Positions 38,882-48,498 of a stretch of DNA of 64,000 nt are shown here, piece by piece (the first letter of the stretch is position 1; each line of letters starts with the position of its first letter). Source of the stretch: a virus (lineage: Duplodnaviria > Caudoviricetes); the IMG/VR virus record IMGVR_UViG_3300012665_000316, positions 17,287-81,286 of that record. One strand, given 5' to 3'. The notes beneath the pieces were generated by a model. It saw only the letters and a program-made list of their open reading frames with translations, had not been told where the DNA came from and made no database searches. Position numbers and translations under genes: made by a program.

Positions 38882-41800
38882 ATGGCTCAACTAAGTTCAC
38901 CAGGCGTAAGCGTATCAGTTATAGACGAAAGTTTCTATACTCCAGCTGCCGCAGGTACAACACCTTTAATTATTGTTGCTTCCGAAGAGAATAAGCAAAA
39001 CGGCTCAGGCACTGGCATTGCTCCAGGTACTATTAAAGCTAACGCTGGTCAAGTATACTTACTTACTAGCCAGAAAGATCTTGCTGATACTTTTGGAACA
39101 CCAATTTTCAAAACAGACGCAAACAACAATCCTATTCACGCTGGAGAACAGAACGAATACGGATTGCAAACAGCATATTCATATCTAGGCGTAAGCAACC
39201 GAGCATTTGTTGTTCGTGCAGACCTTGATGTAAAACAATTAGATGCTTCAGCAGATGCTCCAGCTGGACTACCAGCAAATGGAACATATTGGTTTGATAC
39301 AGCTAGTACATCATATGGTATCTTTGAATGGAATTCAGCAGATGCAAGCATTACTAACGGTCAATCTTTTGTTGCTAAAACTCCAATCGTTATCACTGAT
39401 GTAACTAAAGTTGTAGACGGTGCTCCTAAGTCATCAGTTGGTTCCGCAGGCGATTATGCAATCGTTGCAACAACAACTTTAAACAAGTTATTCTTTAAAA
39501 ACCGTGCAGGTGCTTGGAAACAAGTAGGTAGCAATGATTGGGCTAAGGCTTGGCCAGCAGTAACTGGTACTAAGACAAACCCAACAATTTCCGCAGCCGG
39601 TGTTGGCGAACATATGTTGACTATCAATACTGTAAACATCGATACTGGAACATTAACTCTTGACGGGCTAGTTACAGCAATCGGTTCAACAGTAACGGGT
39701 GTTACTGCCGCTAAAGTAAACGGCAAATTAGAATTATACCTAAACGGCGATGTTGACTCGCTAGCAATTTCTGGAACACTAACTGGCGTTAGTGCAGATG
39801 CAAGCGCAATCGGTATCAAAGCAGGTACATATAAAGCTCCAAAATTACAAATTTCAGCACACACTAGTGTTCCGTTATTCAAATCAACTGACGCAAGTCC
39901 ACGTCCAACGGGATCTGTATGGTTTAAGACAACTGAGCCAAACAAAGGTGCTAGCGTAAGAGTTAAGCGTTACAACGACTCGACCGCAGCCTGGGAAGAA
40001 ATTAGCTGTAACTTATACCAAAATGGACACTCTGCACTATCAGGTTTAGATGCAGGCGGTGGTGGTATCAACTTAGGTGCAGGCACATTGTATGCTAAAT
40101 TTAATGATGCTGAACTAACAGGCGCTGACATTGAAGCTAACTTTAAAGTATACAGAAGAATTGCAGCCGGTGAAACAAAAATTGTTTCTTCAATTGTAGA
40201 CGGTTCAACATTCCAAGCTACAGCAGGATCTTTCACAATTCGCGAAAGCATGAAGGGCGAAACAATGTTAAGCGATGCTATTACAGTTTCGTTTACTACA
40301 GATTCAGAATCTACTGATGCAGATTTAGTTGCTGCCGCAATTAATGCCGCAATGGCAGGTGCTGGTTATACTGTAGACGCAGTTTTCTACCCAATTACTT
40401 CAAGTGTTGTTGCTAGCGTTGATAGTGCTAACCGAATTGTTATTCAGCATATGCAAGGCGGCGAAATTTACATTAATGACGGTACAGCTAGTGCGTTCCG
40501 TGATGCAGGCTTCTCAGTAAATACACCAAACTTATATCAAAATCCAGACGAAGTTAGCGGCAACTTTGTAGCTACGTTATGGAAAACATTAAGCTATACT
40601 TCAGGTGCAGACGCCCCAACAAGTTTAACAGCAGATGGTCAACTATGGTATAATTCTATTATTGACGAAGTTGATATTATGGTACACAACGGCGAACGTT
40701 GGGTTGGTTACCTACAATACACGCAAAATGCAGGTGGCGGTACTACTACTGATCCAGCTGGTCCAATTGTAAGTGCAACTGCACCGACAACACAGTCAGA
40801 CGATACAGCATTAGCTAACGGTGATTTGTGGATTGACACTAGTGACTTAGAAAACTTTCCAATGGTTTACAAATTCAACTATGCTACACAAAAGTGGGTA
40901 TTAGTTGATAGCAGTGACCAGTCAACTGAAAACGGAATTTTATTCCGTGATGCACGTTGGAATACTACAGGTTTAGTAGCAACACCTAGCACTATTGCAG
41001 AATTATTAGAAAGCGATTTCTTAGACTTTGATGCACCGGATCCAGCACTATATCCAAAAGGTATGTTGTTATGGAACTTACGCCGTAGTGGTTTCAACGT
41101 AAAACGTTTTGTACGTGACTATGTTGATGTTACAGCACGTAACCACAGATCAAGCAACGACGAATTGATGACAAGTTATTATCCACATCGTTGGTTGTCA
41201 GAAGCTGGCAATCAAGAAAACGGTGCAGGAACATTTGGTCGCAAGGCACAACGTAAGGTTGTAGTACAAAAACTACAAGCCTTGGTAAATGCTAACCAAC
41301 AAATTCGTGACGAAGAAGCACGTATTTTTAACCTACTTGCTTGCCCAGGATATCCAGAGCTAATTGGTGAAATGATCAGCTTGAACTACGATCGTGGTTT
41401 AACAGCGTTCATCGTAGGTGATACACCTCCAAGATTGACACCTGATGCAACATCACTATTGAACTGGGGTACTAATCAAGCCGGCGCATTAGAAGATAAT
41501 GATGACGGTTTAGTTTCAAGCGATGAATACATGGCAGTGTTTTATCCATGGGGATACACTAGTGACAACATCGGTAACAACGTAGTTGTTCCTCCAAGTC
41601 ACATGATGTTGCGTACAATTGCATTGAATGACCAAGTAGCTTATCCATGGTTTGCACCAGCTGGTACACGCCGCGGTGGCATTACTAACGCAACAGCAGT
41701 TGGTTACATTACAAGTGAAGGCGAATTCCAGTCAGTAGCATTAAACACTGGACAGCGCGATACACTTGCTCAAGTCAAGGTAAACCCATTGACCTTTATT

Positions 41801-42178
41801 ACAGGAACAGGTCTTGTAAACTATGGTCAATACACCAGAGCAAGAAACGCAAGCTCGTTAGATCGTATCAACGTAGCACGTCTAGTGATTTACTTACGTA
41901 GACAGTTTACACAATTGGCAAAACCATATGTGTTTGAACCAAACGACAAGATTACACGAGACGAATTGAAGGGCGCGGCAGAAAGCCTATTGTTAGAGCT
42001 AGTAGGACAACGTGCATTGTATGACTACATTGTAGTTTGCGATACAAGTAATAACACACCAGCAAGAATCGATCGCAGTGAATTGTATCTTGATGTAGCC
42101 ATCGAGCCAGTCAAGGCAGTTGAGTTCATCTACATTCCACTAAGATTGAAAAATACTGGTGAAATTGCAGGTCTATAA
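38882..42178 (+). CDS. gp18: Contractile tail sheath protein
   Basis: LSSPGVSVSVIDES N-terminus; C-terminal YPWFAPAG.RRG, RINV.RL, FEPND..TR, VCD..NNTP..ID, P.KAVEFIYI. Confidence 0.95.
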   Translation: MAQLSSPGVSVSVIDESFYTPAAAGTTPLIIVASEENKQNGSGTGIAPGTIKANAGQVYLLTSQKDLADTFGTPIFKTDANNNPIHAGEQNEYGLQTAYSYLGVSNRAFVVRADLDVKQLDASADAPAGLPANGTYWFDTASTSYGIFEWNSADASITNGQSFVAKTPIVITDVTKVVDGAPKSSVGSAGDYAIVATTTLNKLFFKNRAGAWKQVGSNDWAKAWPAVTGTKTNPTISAAGVGEHMLTINTVNIDTGTLTLDGLVTAIGSTVTGVTAAKVNGKLELYLNGDVDSLAISGTLTGVSADASAIGIKAGTYKAPKLQISAHTSVPLFKSTDASPRPTGSVWFKTTEPNKGASVRVKRYNDSTAAWEEISCNLYQNGHSALSGLDAGGGGINLGAGTLYAKFNDAELTGADIEANFKVYRRIAAGETKIVSSIVDGSTFQATAGSFTIRESMKGETMLSDAITVSFTTDSESTDADLVAAAINAAMAGAGYTVDAVFYPITSSVVASVDSANRIVIQHMQGGEIYINDGTASAFRDAGFSVNTPNLYQNPDEVSGNFVATLWKTLSYTSGADAPTSLTADGQLWYNSIIDEVDIMVHNGERWVGYLQYTQNAGGGTTTDPAGPIVSATAPTTQSDDTALANGDLWIDTSDLENFPMVYKFNYATQKWVLVDSSDQSTENGILFRDARWNTTGLVATPSTIAELLESDFLDFDAPDPALYPKGMLLWNLRRSGFNVKRFVRDYVDVTARNHRSSNDELMTSYYPHRWLSEAGNQENGAGTFGRKAQRKVVVQKLQALVNANQQIRDEEARIFNLLACPGYPELIGEMISLNYDRGLTAFIVGDTPPRLTPDATSLLNWGTNQAGALEDNDDGLVSSDEYMAVFYPWGYTSDNIGNNVVVPPSHMMLRTIALNDQVAYPWFAPAGTRRGGITNATAVGYITSEGEFQSVALNTGQRDTLAQVKVNPLTFITGTGLVNYGQYTRARNASSLDRINVARLVIYLRRQFTQLAKPYVFEPNDKITRDELKGAAESLLLELVGQRALYDYIVVCDTSNNTPARIDRSELYLDVAIEPVKAVEFIYIPLRLKNTGEIAGL

Positions 42179-42199
42179 CATATAACGGAGTCTTAAAAA

Positions 42200-42826
42200 A
42201 TGTCAATCGGATCATTATCAAAATTCACAGTACCTTTAGCTAGCGATAGCTCGTCTAGCGCACAAGGTATTTTGATGCCAAAACTCAAATACAGATTCCG
42301 CATCATGTTTGAGAACTTTGGTGTATCAACACCAACAACAGAGCTAACTAAGCAAGTTGCCGCGTCAAAGCGTCCAGTAGCAAAGTTTGGAGATATTAAA
42401 TTAGAAGTTTATAACTCCACAATGCACTTAGCAGGAAGAGGAACTTGGGATCCTATTACTGTTGACTTACGCGACGATGTAACTGGATCAGTTAGCAAAT
42501 TAGTTGGCGAACAAATGCAGAAGCAATTTGACTTCTTAGAGCAAGCTTCAGCAGCCGCAGGCGGCGATTACAAGTTTACTATGCGTCTAGAAATGTTAGA
42601 CGGTGGTAACGGTAAAGATGCTGTAGTCTTAGAAACATGGGAATGCTATGGTTGCTATGTTGTCCAAGTTGACTACGATGCTATTTCATACGCTACTCAA
42701 GAAGCAGCCATGATCAAGCTATCAATTCAACCTGATAACTGTATTCAAACAACAGGTAACTCAGCAATGAAGAAAGCTACTAGAGGCACAAGTACTGCTA
42801 CTACTGGCGGCGGCGCAAGAGCATAA
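42200..42826 (+). CDS. gp19: Tail tube protein
   Basis: Directly follows the sheath gene; PKLKYRFRI...W.PIT..LRDD...W...GC tube pattern. Confidence 0.85.
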   Translation: MSIGSLSKFTVPLASDSSSSAQGILMPKLKYRFRIMFENFGVSTPTTELTKQVAASKRPVAKFGDIKLEVYNSTMHLAGRGTWDPITVDLRDDVTGSVSKLVGEQMQKQFDFLEQASAAAGGDYKFTMRLEMLDGGNGKDAVVLETWECYGCYVVQVDYDAISYATQEAAMIKLSIQPDNCIQTTGNSAMKKATRGTSTATTGGGARA

Positions 42827-42830
42827 TACT

Positions 42831-42859
42831 AAAAGAAGCTCACTACGTGGGCTTTTTTT
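42831..42859 (+). terminator. Intrinsic terminator after the tail tube gene
   Basis: aagctcac-tac-gtgggctt followed by a T-tract. Confidence 0.75.
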
Positions 42860-42906
42860 ACGGCTTTTGATTATATACCCATATAATATTTTAAATAAAT
42901 ATTACT

Positions 42907-43935
42907 ATGTCCAATCCATATAACGCTTATCGCGATAACAACTTAAACGTTGATACTACTGCTAGAGATTATCAACACGCTGCCAGATTATTTGCAGATG
43001 ATAATTTTAGGTTGGCGCCTAAGTTTGACTTTTTATTCCATACAGTTTTTAGTTTAAACAATGCGGCTGTTAAAGATCAAACACTTACTCAGCGACATAA
43101 GAACGAAATAAACATGTTAGTGAAAAGCGTTTCACTGCCATCAATTAAGTTAGCTACTGAAACAGTACATCAGTACAACAGAAAAAAAGTAGTACAAACC
43201 GGACATAAATTTGACCCATGTACAATTAAATTCCATGATGATAATATGGGATTAATTCGTAAATTATGGGAAAACTACTATGGATATTACTATGCAGATC
43301 CTACGAGCGCAGGCTCACCGGGAAGTGCATATAGTAGAAATGCCATGAAGAGAGCTCCAACAAATAAGTACGGTCTTGACAATAAAAGTGAAGTAAATTT
43401 CTTTAATCACATTACCGTCTATCAATTGTCACGCCATGAATACTTTGCATACAAGCTAATCAATCCTATGATAGCTAGCTTTGATCATCAAACTATGGAT
43501 TACTCAAAAGTGGCTGCTCACGAGTTTTCTATGACATTAAACTACGAAGCTATACAATATTTCAGTGGCACTATATCAGGTGATACTCCTGAAGGATTCG
43601 GAGGAGAGCATTACGATCAAACTCCAAGTCCACTAACATTACCACCGGGAATTACAATCCCAACTACTAGTGTAATGACAACTGATTCTACAGCAGTAAC
43701 CGCACAAACTTTAAATAATACAGTAAGTACAATCAATAACTATCAGAATAATCAAGGTCTATCTAACGGTGGGCAAGCTGGTATTGCATCTAGTCGTACT
43801 ATTGGCTCAACAGGAACAGTTCCTGCAGGCGGTGTGCAAGGCACTGTGTTTCCAAGAGTTTCTGCAAATAATACCACAGTAGTTGCTACTCAAGTAAATA
43901 TAGTTGGAAATAACAACACCGTTATTATAGCATAA
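42907..43935 (+). CDS. Tail-tube-fold baseplate protein (gp48/gp54-like)
   Basis: KSV.LP.....ET..QYNRK......F.P..I.FHDD...Y.L.NP.I...D...DY......L.YE; Ser/Thr-rich C-terminal tail. Confidence 0.55.
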   Translation: MSNPYNAYRDNNLNVDTTARDYQHAARLFADDNFRLAPKFDFLFHTVFSLNNAAVKDQTLTQRHKNEINMLVKSVSLPSIKLATETVHQYNRKKVVQTGHKFDPCTIKFHDDNMGLIRKLWENYYGYYYADPTSAGSPGSAYSRNAMKRAPTNKYGLDNKSEVNFFNHITVYQLSRHEYFAYKLINPMIASFDHQTMDYSKVAAHEFSMTLNYEAIQYFSGTISGDTPEGFGGEHYDQTPSPLTLPPGITIPTTSVMTTDSTAVTAQTLNNTVSTINNYQNNQGLSNGGQAGIASSRTIGSTGTVPAGGVQGTVFPRVSANNTTVVATQVNIVGNNNTVIIA

Positions 43936-43939
43936 AAAT

Positions 43940-44305
43940 ATGAGCAACTTACCTTCAACACAAGCAGTAGACAGCACAGGCGACGTTAAACAATTCTTTG
44001 ACAAATTTTTTGTTCACGAAGTTAGTTTTCCTAGTAACCAAATTGATGCAGTATTAGGATTCTTTTTGAAACGTGGGTTTGATCAAGACAGTGCTAGAAG
44101 TACAAGTATTGTATTGTTAAATCAAGCAAGGATTGACAACGTAAATGTGTTTACATTATTAGATACATTAAAGGCCTTGACTGATGTACAACTGAGTCAG
44201 GTAGTTGCACAGGTATTAAATGCCTACAGAGAAAAGGTTAGTGTTTTAGGTTATAGAGTTGCAACAGTTGCTGATTCTTACGAATCTAGAAACATCCTAG
44301 TATAA
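43940..44305 (+). CDS. Hypothetical protein (121 aa)
   Basis: Well-spaced ORF in the structural operon. Confidence 0.6.
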   Translation: MSNLPSTQAVDSTGDVKQFFDKFFVHEVSFPSNQIDAVLGFFLKRGFDQDSARSTSIVLLNQARIDNVNVFTLLDTLKALTDVQLSQVVAQVLNAYREKVSVLGYRVATVADSYESRNILV

Positions 44306-44306
44306 T

Positions 44307-44747
44307 ATGGCCAGCAAATTTGCACGTGGCAAATTTGTCATGACCCAGCCCGAAAAGTATGTTGGTAACAAAGTTCCAACATACAGATCCAGTTGGGAGT
44401 GGAGTTTTATGAAATTTTGTGACACTAATCCTAGTGTACAAAAATGGGCCAGCGAAGCAATACAAATACCATATAGAGACCCGCTAACTGGCAGACAAAC
44501 AGTCTATGTTCCAGATTTCTTTATTCAGTATGTAGACAAAAATAATAAGATGATGGTTGAACTTATTGAAATAAAACCAGCAAGTCAGCAAATATTAGAG
44601 CGTGTGGGCAAGAACAAATACAATCAAGCACAGTTTATAAAGAATCAAGCTAAGTGGGCCGCAGCCAATATTTGGTGCAAGCAACAGGGGATAAAATTTC
44701 GTATTTTGAACGAAAATGATTTATTCCACAATGGCAAACCTGGATAA
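44307..44747 (+). CDS. gp4: Head completion nuclease (T4 gp4-like, TnsA-N fold)
   Basis: YRSSWE..FM.FCD.NP....WASE...IPY..P......Y.PDF...ELIEIKP...KW.AA. Confidence 0.85.
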   Translation: MASKFARGKFVMTQPEKYVGNKVPTYRSSWEWSFMKFCDTNPSVQKWASEAIQIPYRDPLTGRQTVYVPDFFIQYVDKNNKMMVELIEIKPASQQILERVGKNKYNQAQFIKNQAKWAAANIWCKQQGIKFRILNENDLFHNGKPG

Positions 44748-44754
44748 GTATTGT

Positions 44755-45234
44755 ATGACTAAAAAACTTGAAGAACTTTTAAATTTGCCCGAAAGCAAAA
44801 AAATAGTCAAGACTGACGAGAAAGTGCAGGCTAAAGCAGACGCCGCACCATTCCTTCGCGACATGGCAGAATTTGACAAAATTTCGTCTGCATTGCCAGC
44901 TGTAAAGGGATTAGGCGATGCAAGTGATGCAGAATTTGATGCCCTTGCTCAACGTGCTACAGATGCATATGACGATTTAATTGACTTAGGCATGAACGTT
45001 GAAGCACGTTATAGCAGTAGAATATTTGAAGTTGCGGCTAGTATGCTTAAAAATGCAATCGATGCAAAATCAGCTAAAATTGACAAAAAACTCAAGATAA
45101 TTGAGTTGCAATTGAAAAAACAAAAGTTAGATCAAGATGCTAACAGTGCCGACGATAGTGTTACTCTTCAAGGCGACGGTGTGATTATTACTGATCGTAA
45201 TAGTCTACTGGAAAAATTGAAGAGTATGAAATAA
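44755..45234 (+). CDS. Helical protein, possible terminase small subunit (start re-assigned to 44755)
   Basis: Coiled-coil character and position between gp4 and gp17; ATAAGTA box 4 nt before ATG 44755. Confidence 0.35.
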   Translation: MTKKLEELLNLPESKKIVKTDEKVQAKADAAPFLRDMAEFDKISSALPAVKGLGDASDAEFDALAQRATDAYDDLIDLGMNVEARYSSRIFEVAASMLKNAIDAKSAKIDKKLKIIELQLKKQKLDQDANSADDSVTLQGDGVIITDRNSLLEKLKSMK

Positions 45235-45243
45235 ATACATAAT

Positions 45244-45792
45244 ATGGATACAACTATGAAAAGTTTTAAAGACTACTTACAAGAAAGCAAGCAAGTTTAC
45301 GAGTACAAAGTAAAGATTGCTGGCGACTGCCCTAAAGATTGCGCCAAGACTATGAAAATGGCCTTAGAAAAATTTGGCTGCGAATCTGTTTCAGCAGGCA
45401 AGCGCACACCTATTCAAGAGAGTCCTTTAGATTTTCCAAATCAGAAATTTTCTGAAGTAAACATGTTTGATGTTAAAGTAAAATATCCAACAACATCAGT
45501 TGCATTAGCCGCTTACATTGCAGAACAGTTAAAAATTGCAAACGATCGCATTCGTGTATTAACTCCATATGATTTACGTGAGCGCGAGATTAATGATAGT
45601 ACATTTCAAAATCCTAAAGGTGAATCACTACTAGGTAAAGATTACGATACTGACAGTTCAGCTCAAAATACTGTTGGACAAAAGCACGTTGACAGTTTCT
45701 TAAAAGGATTGTCAAAGACTAAACATAACGGCACACAAGTTAAAGGTTACAATGATCAATTGTTAGCCGATAAACTGCCAACAGGAAAATAA
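45244..45792 (+). CDS. Hypothetical, candidate internal head protein (alternative start 45256, MKSFKDYLQES)
   Basis: ATAAATA box at 45231; MKSFKDYLQE resembles T4 capsid-targeting leaders. Confidence 0.5.
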   Translation: MDTTMKSFKDYLQESKQVYEYKVKIAGDCPKDCAKTMKMALEKFGCESVSAGKRTPIQESPLDFPNQKFSEVNMFDVKVKYPTTSVALAAYIAEQLKIANDRIRVLTPYDLREREINDSTFQNPKGESLLGKDYDTDSSAQNTVGQKHVDSFLKGLSKTKHNGTQVKGYNDQLLADKLPTGK

Positions 45793-45793
45793 T

Positions 45794-46816
45794 ATGAACT
45801 TTATAGACATGTATAAAAAAATTGCCGAGATTGATAGATCGGCTCCTATGTACGAACGTGTAGTAGGTGACGAACCGACTCCCCCAGGAATCAATCGTCT
45901 GACAGGTAAACCAATTGAACCGCAATCAGCACCGGCAGCACCAACAGATGCACCAGCTGTAGTTCCATTAGGTAAGCGTTTTGATCCAAGATTTAAAAAC
46001 GGTCCAGAGCCATATACAATTGACATCGATGGGGTTGTGTACAAATTTGCAGGACGTGATAAATCTGCACCAGGCGGTGGCGAAATTATTAAAGTTCCGG
46101 CTGCTGTAATTGGTATTCGTGGACTTGGAGCAGTTAGTGTTGAGTTAGGTAAAGACGGCATGTACTACCCAGCACCGGCAAGTAACGAAGCGGCTGAAGA
46201 AGTTGAACAACCACTTGACGAAGTTGCACAATTAAGAAAAGATTTAGGCTTAGATTTATTATCAGAAAGTTTAATGGATGAATGCGGCGACATGCCAATG
46301 CCGGGCGCAATGGCACATTCAGATCAGGCAGATTCAGTTACAATGAATATCAGTATGAACGGTTCAGGCAAAGGCGGCATCAAAGACCTAATGGACATTT
46401 TAAAGAATATTGAAGACGGACCTGGCGACTCAGGCGCAGAAATTGTAATAGGCTCAGATATAGAAGATATGGAGCATCCATTTGATGAAGTATACGCAAA
46501 TGAACCTGAAACAGAAGTTCAGCCTATTGATGCAGTCATGCCAACTGGTAATGATTTGTCTAGTAAAGGACAAGAAGCGCCTAAGGTAAACGGTGGCGGC
46601 AACCCAATGGCTATGGAGTCATTAAAGTCTCAACTAGATCGTTTATATCAAGAAATTAAAGAAAGCCATCAAGAAAAAACTACGATGAAGCACATTAAAA
46701 ATCCTACAGCAGGCGAAAAGAAAGCAGGTAAGGATATTAAAGCAGGCACCGCAGGATACAAAGATCGTATCGACATGCTAAAGTCAGCAGAAAAAGATGG
46801 CCGTTTAAAAGATTAA
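45794..46816 (+). CDS. Acidic low-complexity protein, candidate prohead/internal protein
   Basis: Pro/Ala/Glu/Asp-rich; late operon ending at a terminator. Confidence 0.5.
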   Translation: MNFIDMYKKIAEIDRSAPMYERVVGDEPTPPGINRLTGKPIEPQSAPAAPTDAPAVVPLGKRFDPRFKNGPEPYTIDIDGVVYKFAGRDKSAPGGGEIIKVPAAVIGIRGLGAVSVELGKDGMYYPAPASNEAAEEVEQPLDEVAQLRKDLGLDLLSESLMDECGDMPMPGAMAHSDQADSVTMNISMNGSGKGGIKDLMDILKNIEDGPGDSGAEIVIGSDIEDMEHPFDEVYANEPETEVQPIDAVMPTGNDLSSKGQEAPKVNGGGNPMAMESLKSQLDRLYQEIKESHQEKTTMKHIKNPTAGEKKAGKDIKAGTAGYKDRIDMLKSAEKDGRLKD

Positions 46817-46851
46817 GATACCAGTGCAGTTAGGGTGATTAAGACCCTACC

Positions 46852-46878
46852 AAAACCACCCTTCGGGGTGGTTTTTTT
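46852..46878 (+). terminator. Intrinsic terminator with cUUCGg tetraloop
   Basis: accaccc-ttcg-gggtggt-tttttt. Confidence 0.9.
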
Positions 46879-46892
46879 ATGTAAATAAGTTT

Positions 46893-48488
46893 ATGGCAAA
46901 AAGTTTAGACGGCGTCCTAACCAAAAAGGCGCACAGTAAAGAAAGATTCACAGAAGATCAAGTTCGCGATCTATTGATGTGTGCTGACCCTGAAACAGGT
47001 TACTTGTATTTTGTAAGAAACTTCTTTTACATACAACATCCAGTTAAAGGTAAGGTAAAATTTGAACCTTACGAGTACCAAGTTGGGTTGTTAGATTCCT
47101 ATCATAACTATCGATTCAATGTAAACATGATGCCGCGACAAAGCGGAAAGACGACGTGTGCATCAGGATACTTATTGTGGTTTGCAATGTTTCATCCAGA
47201 CCAAACTATTCTAGTTGCCGCGCACAAATACACAGGTTCACAAGAAATTATGCAACGTATCCGCTATGGATACGAATTATGTCCTGATCATATTAGAGCA
47301 GGCGTAACAAACTATAACAAGGGCTCAATAGAGTTTGAAAATGGATCACGCATTGTATCAGCTACTACTACCGGTAATACTGGTCGTGGTATGTCAATAT
47401 CCTTATTGTATTGCGATGAGTTTGCATTTGTGCAACCTAACATCGCAACAGAGTTTTGGACTTCAATTTCCCCGACACTAGCAACTGGTGGACGTGCAAT
47501 TATTACTTCAACGCCTAACAGCGATGAAGACGAGTTTGCTATCATATGGAAAGAAAGTCAAAATACTTTTGACGAGTATGGTAACGAGAAAGACGACCAT
47601 ATTGGCATCAACGGATTTCACGGATATCGGTCAGAATGGAGTGATCACCCTGATCGAGACGAACAATGGAAGATAACAGAGACTGGACGTATTGGTGAAG
47701 AACGATTCCGACGCGAGTACGGTTGCGAGTTTCTAGTCTACGACGAAACACTTATTAACAGTATTAAATTATCTGAGCTTGTTGGAAAAGAACCCGTAAG
47801 TCGAATGGGGCAAGTACGTTGGTTTAAGCAACCTAACCCAGATAGTTTGTATATTGCAAGTCTTGATCCTAGTTTAGGCACAGGAGGCGACTATGCTGCC
47901 ATCCAAGTTTTTGAATTGCCTAGTATGATTCAAGTTGCAGAATGGCAGCACAATATTACTGCTATTCAAGGGCAAATTAAAATAATGCGTGATATACTGC
48001 ATTATATACAAGACACTATAGGGCAAGAAAATACCAACAATATTTACTGGTCCATTGAAAATAACACAGTAGGTGAAGCAGGATTAGTTGTAATTAGAGA
48101 CCTAGGTGAAGAAACATTCCCGGGACTTTTTGTTAGCGAGCCAGTGCGTAAAGGGCATGTTCGCAAATTCCGTAAGGGATTTAACACTACATTTAACAGC
48201 AAAATTTCAGCTTGCGCTCGCCTAAAATATCTCATAGAAACTGATAAAATTACCTTAAACAGCCGAGCATTGCTAAGTGAATTAAAAACATTTATTGCCG
48301 CTGGAACAAGTTTTAAAGCAAAAAGCGGGCAGACTGACGACCTTGTATCTGCACTATTGCTAGTAATTAGGATGAGCACAGTCTTAGCTGATTGGGATCC
48401 TAGAGTTATGGATTTACTAAGTAGTAAAGACACTTTTGAGGAAGATTGGGAGCCACCGCTGCCCATATTTGTTTCCTCTAACATCTGA
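46893..48488 (+). CDS. gp17: Terminase large subunit
   Basis: PRQSGKTT Walker A, LLYCDEFAF Walker B, IITSTPNS, RF.RE..CEF, SLDPSLG and DDLV nuclease motifs. Confidence 0.95.
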   Translation: MAKSLDGVLTKKAHSKERFTEDQVRDLLMCADPETGYLYFVRNFFYIQHPVKGKVKFEPYEYQVGLLDSYHNYRFNVNMMPRQSGKTTCASGYLLWFAMFHPDQTILVAAHKYTGSQEIMQRIRYGYELCPDHIRAGVTNYNKGSIEFENGSRIVSATTTGNTGRGMSISLLYCDEFAFVQPNIATEFWTSISPTLATGGRAIITSTPNSDEDEFAIIWKESQNTFDEYGNEKDDHIGINGFHGYRSEWSDHPDRDEQWKITETGRIGEERFRREYGCEFLVYDETLINSIKLSELVGKEPVSRMGQVRWFKQPNPDSLYIASLDPSLGTGGDYAAIQVFELPSMIQVAEWQHNITAIQGQIKIMRDILHYIQDTIGQENTNNIYWSIENNTVGEAGLVVIRDLGEETFPGLFVSEPVRKGHVRKFRKGFNTTFNSKISACARLKYLIETDKITLNSRALLSELKTFIAAGTSFKAKSGQTDDLVSALLLVIRMSTVLADWDPRVMDLLSSKDTFEEDWEPPLPIFVSSNI

Positions 48489-48498
48489 TAAATATAAC

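Noticed and set aside
44307-44747. TnsA-like nuclease as evidence of a Tn7-type transposon
   Set aside because: Matches the T4 gp4 head-completion protein in a morphogenesis context; no tnsB/tnsC or transposon ends.
46831-46849. Small tagggt/acccta hairpin before the UUCG terminator
   Set aside because: Only a 6-bp stem; no evidence of function beyond chance.
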